Assembly: GCA_002010665.1 (NCBI GenBank)
Contig: MTON01000022.1
Location: 59,966 to 123,965, forward strand
DNA from: Candidatus Aminicenantes bacterium JdFR-78
GTDB taxonomy: Bacteria; Acidobacteriota; Aminicenantia; JdFR-78
Direction of reading: 5' to 3'
Length of the DNA: 64,000 bases
Part shown: positions 27,749-36,806 of the stretch, piece after piece
Position numbering within the stretch: position 1 is the stretch's first letter
Layout of the letters: every line of letters starts with the position of its first letter
Program-made: the position numbers and the translations under genes
The notes under the pieces: model-generated
The model's input: only the letters and a program-made list of their open reading frames with translations
Database searches by the model: none
What the model was told of the DNA's origin: nothing

Positions 27749-29000
27749 TTTGTTCCTTTAATTTGACCTTCACTAATTTAATCTGCGTGCCTTTCATTTT
27801 ATAAACGGATATCTTTATTCCATTATATAATATTTCTTCATTTTCCTTTGGAATTTTTCTTATTTGCGAAAGGATAAATCCCGCAATTGTTGTATAATCA
27901 CCTCTTTCTGGAATATTTATTTTTAATCTTCTATTTACTTCTTTCACAGGTGTATGGCCCTGAATGAGATAAACATTTTTATCTATTTCACGAACGAGTT
28001 CTTCCTCCCTAATATCATATTCGTCTCTTATTTCTCCAACAATTTCCTCAAGAATATCTTCAAGAGTTATAATCCCCTTCATACTTCCATATTCATCAAC
28101 TACAATAGCAAGATGCATATTGTTCTCCTGCATCTGACGGAGAATATTCTCAAGCCTTGCAGATTCTGGAACGAATAGGGGTTTTCTTAAAATCTCATGA
28201 ATATTGAATTTGTTTTTTCTCACAAGATAGGGAATGATATCTTTTGCATGGATAATACCTTTGACTTCATCCAATCTATCCTGATAAACAGGAAATCTTG
28301 AATACTCAGAGGACAAGATTGTCTTAACGATTTTTTTAAAAGATGATTTTATTTCTATTGCAACGACATTGGTACGAGGAATCATAACTTCTTTTGCAGA
28401 TAAATCCCTTATCTCTAAAATGCTTTTTAGCATCTTTTTTTGATGCAATGGCAAATCACTTCTCTCCATTCTGCTTGTAAGAATAATTCTTATTTCATCT
28501 TCGCTCAATGGAGGGGGAAAAGCCGCCTTCTCCTGCCCGAATATTTTCAAAATGAGATTTGAAATCATTGTTAGGCCTTTAACAAAAGGATACAATAAAA
28601 AAATAAAAATTTTTAATGGATATATATAGAAAAAAGAAAGCTTCTTCGGTTGTTGAGCAGCATATATTTTTGGTGTTATTTCAGAAAAAAGCAATATCAT
28701 AAAAGTTGTTGTAAGAGTGGCATATAGAACAGCTTCATCATTTTTTAATAGGGTCACAAACAGGAAGGTTGCTATAGAAGCTGCAGCAGCATTGACAAAT
28801 GTATTCCCTACCAAAATTGTCGCAAGCAATCTATCAGGTGGAGAGAGAAGACCTTGAATTGCTTTTGCTTTTTTATTCCCTTTTCTTATCAAGTAATCCA
28901 GATGATAACGATCAAGAGCAACAAATGCAGTTTCTGAAGAGGAAAAAAAAGCACTCAATATAAGACACACGAAAAATGCAATTATGGATAAAAGTAGCAT
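27732..29000 (-). CDS. HlyC/CorC (CNNM) family transporter: DUF21 TM domain + CBS pair + CorC_HlyC domain
   Basis: 422 aa; 4-TM N-terminal domain, tandem CBS region, C-terminal transporter-associated domain. Confidence 0.85.
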   Translation of the reverse strand: MLLLSIIAFFVCLILSAFFSSSETAFVALDRYHLDYLIRKGNKKAKAIQGLLSPPDRLLATILVGNTFVNAAAASIATFLFVTLLKNDEAVLYATLTTTFMILLFSEITPKIYAAQQPKKLSFFYIYPLKIFIFLLYPFVKGLTMISNLILKIFGQEKAAFPPPLSEDEIRIILTSRMERSDLPLHQKKMLKSILEIRDLSAKEVMIPRTNVVAIEIKSSFKKIVKTILSSEYSRFPVYQDRLDEVKGIIHAKDIIPYLVRKNKFNIHEILRKPLFVPESARLENILRQMQENNMHLAIVVDEYGSMKGIITLEDILEEIVGEIRDEYDIREEELVREIDKNVYLIQGHTPVKEVNRRLKINIPERGDYTTIAGFILSQIRKIPKENEEILYNGIKISVYKMKGTQIKLVKVKLKEQNDGTS

Positions 29001-29012
29001 CTTGTCTATTAA

Positions 29013-29582
29013 TTAAAATTCCGAAGGGGGCTTAAAGTCTTTAAAACATTCTTCTAAAATTTCGTCAATTTTCTTCTCAATTTCAGAACATGGAATGTTT
29101 TTCACTTCAGAAATTTCCCATGCTATAAGGCTTCTTGCTCTTTCCATCATTTTCTTCTCTCTAAATGAAAGAGGTTTTATCAGACTCAAGTAAAACAAGT
29201 TTTTCAAAACAGTAATTGTGTCATAAATTGAACCTGAGCGCATTTTTTCAAGATGTTCCTTATATCTTCCTTTCCAGTTCTTAATAAGTTCAGTATCTCC
29301 GTTTCTTAGAAAGTTAAAAACTTCTTCCACTTCATCCTCCATAATGGGTCTCCTTATACCCATCTCATCTGCATTTTCAGCAGGCACAAGAACAATTGTA
29401 TTGTTAGCTATTATTCTTACATGGTAAAAAATTGTCTTTTCCCCCAATATTGTTTTTTCCTCTATTTTTTCTATAACTGCTAATCCATGACTTGGATAAA
29501 TGATTTTTTCCCCGACCTTAAAGTCCAAAGTCATCTTTAATCTCATAATACAAGAAAAAATTTGATATGTCAATTTAATCAA
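29013..29582 (-). CDS. CarD/CdnL-family RNA-polymerase-interacting regulator
   Basis: 189 aa; N-terminal RNAP-interacting Tudor-like segment FKVGEKIIYPSHGLAVIEKIEEKTILGEKTIFYHVRI. Confidence 0.7.
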   Translation of the reverse strand: MIKLTYQIFSCIMRLKMTLDFKVGEKIIYPSHGLAVIEKIEEKTILGEKTIFYHVRIIANNTIVLVPAENADEMGIRRPIMEDEVEEVFNFLRNGDTELIKNWKGRYKEHLEKMRSGSIYDTITVLKNLFYLSLIKPLSFREKKMMERARSLIAWEISEVKNIPCSEIEKKIDEILEECFKDFKPPSEF

Positions 29583-29607
29583 GAAGAATAAAAAAGTTCT
29601 GATTTAA

Positions 29608-30141
29608 TTAGAAATAATATCTAATACCAATACCTACTGTGATGCCGAATTCTGTGGCTGGAATTAAATCCAGAAGAGGACCTAATTCAAAAAAAACATC
29701 CAATGGCACCTTTTCAAATATATAACTTACACCAATAGGAATTCGAATTCCCAACCTGCTTTTCTTATCCATTTTAATTCTACATCCTATTCCGTAATAA
29801 AATGGGAGCTTGCCTTTATTCTTTTTAAATAAATTGAAATTATGAAATAGATAATCAATATGTAAATGGAAGGAACCTTCTTTCATAAAAGACCATGCAA
29901 TTCCACCATCAATTGCAGTTGTGCTTCCTATCCATTTCTTAAAATTTATACCAGTGGGTTCACCAAAAATGATACCTGCACCAAAATCCAGTTCTTCTGC
30001 AGAAGCAGGATTTAGGATAATCAAGAAAATTAAAATAAGAAAGCAGAATCCCATAAAAAAGATTTTTCCAAAAAAATGTAAATACTCTCTTTTTTTAAAC
30101 ATTTTCGTTAGAATTATAAAGTAAAAACAATTGAAAAGCAA
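29608..30141 (-). CDS. small outer-membrane beta-barrel-like protein
   Basis: Internal Met followed by signal peptide (MGFCFLILIFLIILNPASA); alternating amphipathic strands; C-terminal GIRYYF; true start probably internal at about 30054. Confidence 0.45.
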   Translation of the reverse strand: MLFNCFYFIILTKMFKKREYLHFFGKIFFMGFCFLILIFLIILNPASAEELDFGAGIIFGEPTGINFKKWIGSTTAIDGGIAWSFMKEGSFHLHIDYLFHNFNLFKKNKGKLPFYYGIGCRIKMDKKSRLGIRIPIGVSYIFEKVPLDVFFELGPLLDLIPATEFGITVGIGIRYYF

Positions 30142-30155
30142 AATATATTATTGTT

Positions 30156-31409
30156 TTAAATATATTTTCTTGGATCTGTTATTTTACCATTTAGAGCAGA
30201 AGCAGCCACTGTAGCTGGGGAGGCTAAATAAATCTCTGCTTCCCTGCTCCCCATTCTTCCTTTAAAATTACGATTAGCAGTGCTCAGTGCTACCTCTCCT
30301 GGTGCTAAAACACCCTCATGAGCACCAAGACACGGACCACACCCAGGATTTAAGATCATACATCCTGCATCAATTAATGTTTCAATAATGCCTCTTTTTG
30401 TAGCCTCAAGCAGAACTTCTCTTGATGCAGGAAACACTAAGGCTCTCACTTCAGGATGAATTTTCTTCCCTTTTAATATTTTTGCTACAATTTCTAAGTC
30501 TTCAAGTCTTCCATTAGTGCAGGTTCCAATTAATGCCTGATTGAATTCCTTTCCTTCGAGTTCCTGAACTGATCGGACATTATCAACATTGTGGGGACAT
30601 GCTATCTGTGGATCTAAATTTGTAACATTAAATTCAACAATATTTTCATAGCAAGCATCGGGATCAGACTTGATTATTTCAAATGACTGTTTTGTTCTTT
30701 TCTCAAGCCAGGTTAAAGTCTTATCATCAGGCTCAAAGTAACCAATTTTTGCACCCATTTCAGCTGACATATTAGCAACCACCATTCTTGAAGAAACAGA
30801 AAATTCCTTTGCCACTTCCCCTGTAAATTCTACTGCCTTATAATTTGCTCCATCTGCTCCAAGAGTTCCAATAATGTGCAGAATAATATCCTTAGCATAA
30901 ACTCCCTTTGGAATTTTACCCTTTATAACAACTTTTATTGTCTCCGGTACTCTTAGCCAGATTTCATCAGTTGCCCAGATAACTGCTGCTTCGGAACGAC
31001 CAATACCTGCTGAAAAGGCTCCAAAAGCTCCATAAGTAGTTGTATGTGAATCACTTCCAAGTATAAGCTTACCCGGTAATGCGAATCCCTTTTCAGGCAA
31101 GACCTGATGACATATTCCATGATTTATATCATAAAAATTCGGGATTCCCTGCTCTTTAACAAATTCCCTTATTATTTTATGATTCAATGCATATTGTTCT
31201 GTGGATGGAGGCACTACATGGTCCAGAATGATTATAATTTTTTCCGGTGATTTTACTTTTTTTACCCCAAGTTTTTTAAACTCTCGAGAAATTGCAGCAG
31301 AATTATCATGCGACATTACAAGATCCGGACAAACTGTAACAATTTCTCCAGCTGAAACCTCTCTTCCTGCTTTTAAACTCAATATTATCTCCGCAAATGT
31401 CTTCCCCAT
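30156..31409 (-). CDS. aconitase-family dehydratase large subunit, LeuC/HACN (archaeal) type
   Basis: 417 aa; MGKTFAEIILS...; Fe-S and substrate motifs LGSDSHTTT, IGTCTNGR, NPGCGPCLGAHEG. Confidence 0.85.
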   Translation of the reverse strand: MGKTFAEIILSLKAGREVSAGEIVTVCPDLVMSHDNSAAISREFKKLGVKKVKSPEKIIIILDHVVPPSTEQYALNHKIIREFVKEQGIPNFYDINHGICHQVLPEKGFALPGKLILGSDSHTTTYGAFGAFSAGIGRSEAAVIWATDEIWLRVPETIKVVIKGKIPKGVYAKDIILHIIGTLGADGANYKAVEFTGEVAKEFSVSSRMVVANMSAEMGAKIGYFEPDDKTLTWLEKRTKQSFEIIKSDPDACYENIVEFNVTNLDPQIACPHNVDNVRSVQELEGKEFNQALIGTCTNGRLEDLEIVAKILKGKKIHPEVRALVFPASREVLLEATKRGIIETLIDAGCMILNPGCGPCLGAHEGVLAPGEVALSTANRNFKGRMGSREAEIYLASPATVAASALNGKITDPRKYI

Positions 31410-31538
31410 TTTAAGCCTCCATTACTCTCTTTATATAAGCTAAAAACTTACAACTAAAATTTAAAATTATTTTTTCATTAATACTCAAAATATAATTTGA
31501 TATCTTTGAAATTTTTTTACATTTTACCATTTACTAGT

Positions 31539-32069
31539 TCACTTAAATGGCTCGAAATTTACGAAATCAGCATGATGCACGATGATTGCTTCTACTGTTC
31601 TTTTTACTATTTCCCCCTCTTTAGAATGAGCTGCTATTATATGAACTATTTCCTCAGGAATACCAAATTTATAGGCGAGAGCAGCTCCAGATACTGGATG
31701 CCTTATTATCTTCCCCATTTTACTTTTAATAAATTTTTCTCCTTCCTTTTTAAATTCGTATAATTTTCCCACATCATGAAGGAGTGCACCTGCTATTAAA
31801 TAATCCTGATTTATATGAATTTTTTCTTTATACACATCTATCATTGCATCAGCAATCCTCAAACAAGTAAGAGTTACTGCTCTCGTATGGTTTATTATGT
31901 TTGCAGGAGGATCATCTATTAAAAGAGTAAATGGCATTTCTAGTAAATCTTCTATTTTCCAGTTATTTTCCCTTAAGGCATATTCCCATACCTTAAGAGT
32001 CTTTTCCAATAAATCTTTATCCTGAATCAAATTAAACTCTGGTATTAATTCCATTAATTCCTTTCTCAT
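31539..32069 (-). CDS. HD-domain phosphohydrolase
   Basis: 176 aa; metal-binding H...HD...D pattern (INHTRAV, LLHDVGK, HHADF). Confidence 0.7.
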   Translation of the reverse strand: MRKELMELIPEFNLIQDKDLLEKTLKVWEYALRENNWKIEDLLEMPFTLLIDDPPANIINHTRAVTLTCLRIADAMIDVYKEKIHINQDYLIAGALLHDVGKLYEFKKEGEKFIKSKMGKIIRHPVSGAALAYKFGIPEEIVHIIAAHSKEGEIVKRTVEAIIVHHADFVNFEPFK

Positions 32070-32079
32070 TTTTTACTCC

Positions 32080-32856
32080 TTATAATTTTCTCTCCTCAGG
32101 CCCATCATATTCGTGATCAGTTGGATGTATTTTTCTCATGGGCTTCATTCTCGTTTTTTCCTCATAGATATGAGCTATTAATCCTGGAACTCTTGCCATT
32201 ATGAAAAAGGAATTCCCCAGTTCCTTAGGTATTCCAAGCTCACACAAGAGGGCTGCTATTGCTCCATCAACATTAATTGGTAAAGTCTTTCCTAGCACTT
32301 TTTCAAGGCCTTTCTCAAAGGCTTTTGCAATACTAACATATTTGCCTGAAAACCCGAGTTCTTTAGCTAGAGAAAATAACTTTTGAGTCCTAGGATCCTT
32401 TGTATGAATTCGATGTCCGAATCCGGATATTCTCTCACCTTTTTCTTTCTTTTCTTTTATAATCTCCGATACAACCTCTTCCTCTGAAAGTCCTTTCTCT
32501 CCCATTCTCTTCAAGGCATCCTCAAAAACTCCCATTGCCTCTTCTATTGCCCCACCATGATATTTGGAAATAGCAAGAATTCCTGCAGAAACCGCACTAT
32601 TTAAATCTGCACCAGTTGACACAACTGTTCGAGCAGTGAGAACAGATGGTGGTGTTGCGCCATGGTCAATTGATGAAACTAATATAGCGTCAATTAACTT
32701 CCCAACCTTTTCTGAAGGAAGTTCTCCCTTTAAAGCGAGATAAATTGCCTGAGAAAATGTAATTCTTCCCATTAATTCATGAAGGGGATAGCCTCTCAGA
32801 AAAATTTTATTAGGTTCTATTTTAGTAATTGCTGTTTTCCAGTGAAGTTCGGACAT
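32080..32856 (-). CDS. ccl: citryl-CoA lyase-like protein (homologue of citrate-synthase / ATP-citrate-lyase C-terminal half)
   Basis: 258 aa; aligns to the C-terminal half of citrate synthase including the catalytic signature GFGHRIHTKDPR and FFIMARVPGLIAHIYEE; follows SucC-like and SucD-like genes in the same order as in fused ATP-citrate lyase. Confidence 0.7.
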   Translation of the reverse strand: MSELHWKTAITKIEPNKIFLRGYPLHELMGRITFSQAIYLALKGELPSEKVGKLIDAILVSSIDHGATPPSVLTARTVVSTGADLNSAVSAGILAISKYHGGAIEEAMGVFEDALKRMGEKGLSEEEVVSEIIKEKKEKGERISGFGHRIHTKDPRTQKLFSLAKELGFSGKYVSIAKAFEKGLEKVLGKTLPINVDGAIAALLCELGIPKELGNSFFIMARVPGLIAHIYEEKTRMKPMRKIHPTDHEYDGPEERKL

Positions 32857-32894
32857 TTTACCTCCTTACCGATTTTTATTTTTTATTATTTCTT

Positions 32895-33797
32895 TTATTT
32901 TAAATTCTGGGAGATTTCAAAGGCTTTTTCCGGTATATCCATAAATGAATCTACTACATGAACTCCTGCTTCTCTCAATCTTTTTACTTTACTTTCATAT
33001 GAGCCCCTTAAACCTTCAATTATTGCACCAGCATGGGAGAATCTGGTGCCTGATTTTGCAGCTTTTCCCCCTATAAAAGCTACTATTGGCTTTGTTACCT
33101 CTCCTTTTTCAATCAATTCAGCGACCCTTTCCTCTTGGGTTGTTCCTATTTCACCAAACATTGCAATTAATTTTGTCTGTTCATCTTCTTCGAAAAGTTT
33201 TATAACTTCTGGAAGAGATAATCCAATTACTGGATCACCTCCAACATGAATAATTGTGCTCTGACCCAATCCCTTTTGGGTCAAATAGTAAGATATTGCA
33301 GAAGTAATACCTCCACTTCTTGAACAAACGCCAACAAAACCCGGCCTAAACCACTGGCGGGCTGTCTCAGCTCTTCCTCCAATCATTCCTAAAATAGCCT
33401 TTCCAGGGGCCAGAAGACCGAGTGTATTTGGCCCAACAAACTTTGCATTTGTTTGACGTGCATATTCTACTATTTCAAGAACATCATAAATCGGGACTCT
33501 ATCAGGAATTAAAACGAGAAGTTTCACTCCTGCCTCTAAAGCCTCAAGAGCAGCATCCTTAACAAGAGGAGCAGGAACAAAAATTACGCTTGCATCAAAT
33601 GGTCCTTTCTCCTCCCATGCCTCCTCAACAGTATCAAAGACTGGCACTCCGAGAACCTCCTCCCCACCTCTTCCAGGTGTTACTCCTGCAACAATATTCG
33701 TTCCGTAATCCTTCATTAATTTTGTTCGTGTTCTTCCCTCTCTACCCGTAATTCCTTGAACCAAAACCCTTGTTTTTTCATTTACTAATATTCCCAT
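32895..33797 (-). CDS. ccsB: succinyl-CoA-synthetase alpha-like subunit (CoA-binding + CoA-ligase); candidate citryl-CoA synthetase small subunit
   Basis: 300 aa; SucD-like motifs VQGITGREG, VCSRSGGIT, GGDPVIG, phospho-His context TRFSHAGAII. Confidence 0.7.
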   Translation of the reverse strand: MGILVNEKTRVLVQGITGREGRTRTKLMKDYGTNIVAGVTPGRGGEEVLGVPVFDTVEEAWEEKGPFDASVIFVPAPLVKDAALEALEAGVKLLVLIPDRVPIYDVLEIVEYARQTNAKFVGPNTLGLLAPGKAILGMIGGRAETARQWFRPGFVGVCSRSGGITSAISYYLTQKGLGQSTIIHVGGDPVIGLSLPEVIKLFEEDEQTKLIAMFGEIGTTQEERVAELIEKGEVTKPIVAFIGGKAAKSGTRFSHAGAIIEGLRGSYESKVKRLREAGVHVVDSFMDIPEKAFEISQNLK

Positions 33798-33798
33798 T

Positions 33799-35358
33799 TT
33801 ACTCTCTTCCCTTTATAAGATTTTCCCTGTATTCCTTCAGTCCGAGAATCGGCAGATAGATATATATTGCTTTCTGTTCATGAAATTGACAGAATATTTC
33901 ACAGGCCAAACATTCAGTGCACCGACCTTTCCTCACCTCCTCTGCATCCATTGATAGAACTGGTTTTCCGTCATCTAATTTCAGAACACCATAAATACAT
34001 TCTTCAACACATCCTTTAGTTTTACACTTTCCGCATCTCTCATGCTCAATAAATACTTTCCCAGTCAATGTTTCAAATGAATATGCATTTTCAGGTTCTT
34101 TAAATTCTTCAATTGGATTAATCTTGTGAATGACTCTTTCTCCCTCCTCAACCAATTTTCTTAACCGTTCAGCACAAAAATCAGGAGAATCATCCCTTCC
34201 ATATCCTTCAACTTTCCCTGGAATATTTTTTAAATAAGTATTTAAGATCTCGATTGCTTTTTCCTCGTAATTTCCTCCGAGTCTGATTACTGCAGGAATT
34301 GAGAGCTTTTCCTCTATAAAAGCTTTAACAAACCCGCGTGCAGAGTGGAACTGTTCCTGAGAAGCAACCCCTGAACCAGATGCAAAATAACCAATTATAT
34401 TTGGTTGAGAGAGAATTATTTTTGCTGCTCGATAGACTTTGGAGGCTGGTGGATTTCCGCTAGTATCACAATAATTTGCTAATCTGAAACCTTTATTTAA
34501 AACAGCATCCATTGACATCATTGAACCTCCACCTCCTGCCCCATGAAAGCCTATATAATTACCTTCTGGGTCAGGGCTTTCAGTCATTTGAAAGAAATAA
34601 AACGTCCCTCTGTAATCCTTTTCTTCCACTTGATACGCAATTTTTTCAAGTTCAGTTGCAGGACGATCAAATTCTCTTGCTATTTCGATACCAAGTTCTG
34701 GATGACGGAATACTGCATAATCATCTACGACCAAATGACAATCTGCTGCAAATATCTCGCCATCTGAAGTTAAAACTAAAGGATTAACTTCAATAGAGCG
34801 TGCATCATATTCAACTGCTAATTCATAGAGCTTCACTAAAAAGCTCGAAAGTTTTAATAATAGTTTTCCCTTTATCCCTGTTTTTCTTATTAGATTTCTT
34901 GCCTCATATGTTTTAAATCCCTTTAATAAATTGATATAATGCTTGGAAATTCTGGAAGGATGTTCTCTGGCAATTTCTTCGATTCCACTTCCACCTACTG
35001 AGCTAAAAATTACCAAAGGGGATTTCCTAGAATCATCAATAACCAGACCAGCGAAGAACTCTCTTTCAATATCGAGCTTCTCCTCCACTAGAATCTTCTC
35101 AACTTTAAAATTTTTAACCTCCATCCCAAATAGTTCTTTGGACAATTCTCGAGCTTCTTCTGGCTTTTCAGCAAATTTAATTCCTCCTAAGGTTGCCCTA
35201 CCTGTTGTCCATACCTGAATTTTTAACACAACAGGTTTAGCTATCTCTTTTGCAATCTGATAAACTTCATCAGGACTTGATGCAACTCTTCCGTGAGGAA
35301 CTTTAATTCCCTTACTTCTCAGTAATTCCTTACTCTGGTATTCATATAGCCTTGCCAC
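33799..35358 (-). CDS. ccsA: succinyl-CoA-synthetase beta-like ATP-grasp subunit fused to C-terminal 2x Cys4 ferredoxin-like domain; candidate citryl-CoA synthetase large subunit
   Basis: 519 aa; N-terminal roughly 400 aa SucC-like (MARLYEYQSKELLRSKGIKVPHG...EVNPLVLTSDGEIFAADCHLVVDDYAVFRHPEL...GAGGGGSMMSMDAV); C-terminal roughly 100 aa with CGKCKTKGCVEEC and CTECLACEIFC cysteine clusters. Confidence 0.7.
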   Translation of the reverse strand: MARLYEYQSKELLRSKGIKVPHGRVASSPDEVYQIAKEIAKPVVLKIQVWTTGRATLGGIKFAEKPEEARELSKELFGMEVKNFKVEKILVEEKLDIEREFFAGLVIDDSRKSPLVIFSSVGGSGIEEIAREHPSRISKHYINLLKGFKTYEARNLIRKTGIKGKLLLKLSSFLVKLYELAVEYDARSIEVNPLVLTSDGEIFAADCHLVVDDYAVFRHPELGIEIAREFDRPATELEKIAYQVEEKDYRGTFYFFQMTESPDPEGNYIGFHGAGGGGSMMSMDAVLNKGFRLANYCDTSGNPPASKVYRAAKIILSQPNIIGYFASGSGVASQEQFHSARGFVKAFIEEKLSIPAVIRLGGNYEEKAIEILNTYLKNIPGKVEGYGRDDSPDFCAERLRKLVEEGERVIHKINPIEEFKEPENAYSFETLTGKVFIEHERCGKCKTKGCVEECIYGVLKLDDGKPVLSMDAEEVRKGRCTECLACEIFCQFHEQKAIYIYLPILGLKEYRENLIKGRE

Positions 35359-35501
35359 TTTTCCCTCCCCTAAAATATTAGGAAATAATTATTATAATTG
35401 TCAATAAAAAAAACCCAATAAAATTTTTAAAAAATCCGACATATATATATAGAGGGGAAAAATGGGAAGGTATGTGAGAAGGTAAAAGGCGGGGGTGAGT
35501 A

Positions 35502-35552
35502 GGGCAGGCCCTCTTCCTACCTTTATTCCCTCTCCAGATCCAGGGCCTGCCC
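35502..35552 (-). terminator. GC-rich 11-bp inverted repeat (GGGCAGGCCCT / AGGGCCTGCCC); candidate terminator or structured RNA element
   Basis: Only strongly GC-rich palindromic element in this AT-rich interval; 12 nt downstream of the last gene of the ECF operon and upstream of the ccsA-like gene; 30-nt spacer between arms. Confidence 0.35.
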
Positions 35553-35563
35553 GATTTTTAAAA

Positions 35564-35944
35564 CTATTCAACCCAAATTTTCACTGTTTCATTTTCTTCA
35601 TTTATTTCAATCAAACAGAGAGGACCTAATTTTTTTAATTCATAAAAAAACTTCTTTAATTCTATCTTACAATTATCCTCCATTCGAAACTTAGCTTCAG
35701 GACAGGAATTCACAATCAATTCCATGAGTGAAATTGGAATAGTGATTCTAACCTTCGGCTTCTGAGTTCTGGTATCAACTACTAAAATTTTGAACCATTT
35801 TACTTCTTCTCTCTTTATTTTCTCCTTTCCAATAGCCTTTTTAATAATCTTGTAATCTTCCTTTGAAGGGGAATTTAAAACCGAGGACAAACTAACACTA
35901 TAAACAAGACCAAGAATTAAAATAAAAAGAGATAATTTTTTCAT
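35564..35944 (-). CDS. secreted protein carrying the shared ~65-aa IW(I/V/L)E C-terminal domain
   Basis: 126 aa; signal peptide; C-terminus KVRITIPISLMELIVNS...LGPLCLIEINEENETVKIWVE aligns to the C-termini of the 35941-36795 and 38166-38588 products. Confidence 0.5.
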   Translation of the reverse strand: MKKLSLFILILGLVYSVSLSSVLNSPSKEDYKIIKKAIGKEKIKREEVKWFKILVVDTRTQKPKVRITIPISLMELIVNSCPEAKFRMEDNCKIELKKFFYELKKLGPLCLIEINEENETVKIWVE

Positions 35945-36795
35945 GGTAAATCCTCCTTTTTTATTTTCTCAATCCAGATTTTAATAATTTCTTTTTCGTC
36001 CTCTATTTCAATTGAAAGTCCAGAAGATAAATCTTTAAGAATTTTATCTATATCATAGCCCTTTTCTCTAATAATTTCCTTCTGTTTGTCAGAAAGAGCT
36101 TTAAATGCTAAATCAGCCAAGGAGAAAGGAATATTTATCGATACTACTGGCTTACTCTTCCCTTTTTCATAAACTCTAATTTTTAATATTTCTTTCTTAT
36201 ATTCTTCTTTCTCCTGAATTTCTTTTAGTAAATACGGGTCTATTCGTAGAAGAGCTATTTTTGCCCTGTCTTTCAATTCCTCATTCCTCTCTTTTGAGAT
36301 AATTTCCTTAAGAATTGGAACACCTTTTTTTGCTATTTTTTTATCCTTGAAATAACTGAACTTAAAGGCAGTATAATATCGAACTAATTTATTTGGACTT
36401 TTTAAATAACCTTCTAATTTTTTAAAATATCCCGTGTAACCTTCATGATACAAATCAAACATTATATCAATTATTGATATCTCAGCTTCTTCTTTTAAAT
36501 TTTTATTTTTATTTACTTTTATAAATTCTTCATATGTGCTTAGAGCCTCTTTCCTCTTCCCGAGTTCCTCAAGACATTTCCCTTTATAAAAGAGAGCAAT
36601 TGAATAATACCTGCTGTTTCTGTAATTCCTTAATAATTCATTTAATTTTTTAAGAGCTTTTTCCCACTCTTCATCGAACATCAAAATCTTGGCTTGATTT
36701 AGCAATTCCTTATCTTTTGATTGGGATAAGGAAGAGAAGCCGAGTATAAAGTTAACCATAAAGAGAATTAATGTGAAAATTATTATTTTCCTCAT
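35941..36795 (-). CDS. secreted TPR protein with the shared IW(I/V/L)E C-terminal domain
   Basis: 284 aa; signal peptide; TPR-like helices; C-terminus VVSINIPFSLADLAFKALS...GLSIEIEDEKEIIKIWIE. Confidence 0.55.
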   Translation of the reverse strand: MRKIIIFTLILFMVNFILGFSSLSQSKDKELLNQAKILMFDEEWEKALKKLNELLRNYRNSRYYSIALFYKGKCLEELGKRKEALSTYEEFIKVNKNKNLKEEAEISIIDIMFDLYHEGYTGYFKKLEGYLKSPNKLVRYYTAFKFSYFKDKKIAKKGVPILKEIISKERNEELKDRAKIALLRIDPYLLKEIQEKEEYKKEILKIRVYEKGKSKPVVSINIPFSLADLAFKALSDKQKEIIREKGYDIDKILKDLSSGLSIEIEDEKEIIKIWIEKIKKEDLP

Positions 36796-36806
36796 TTTCC
36801 CCTCAT

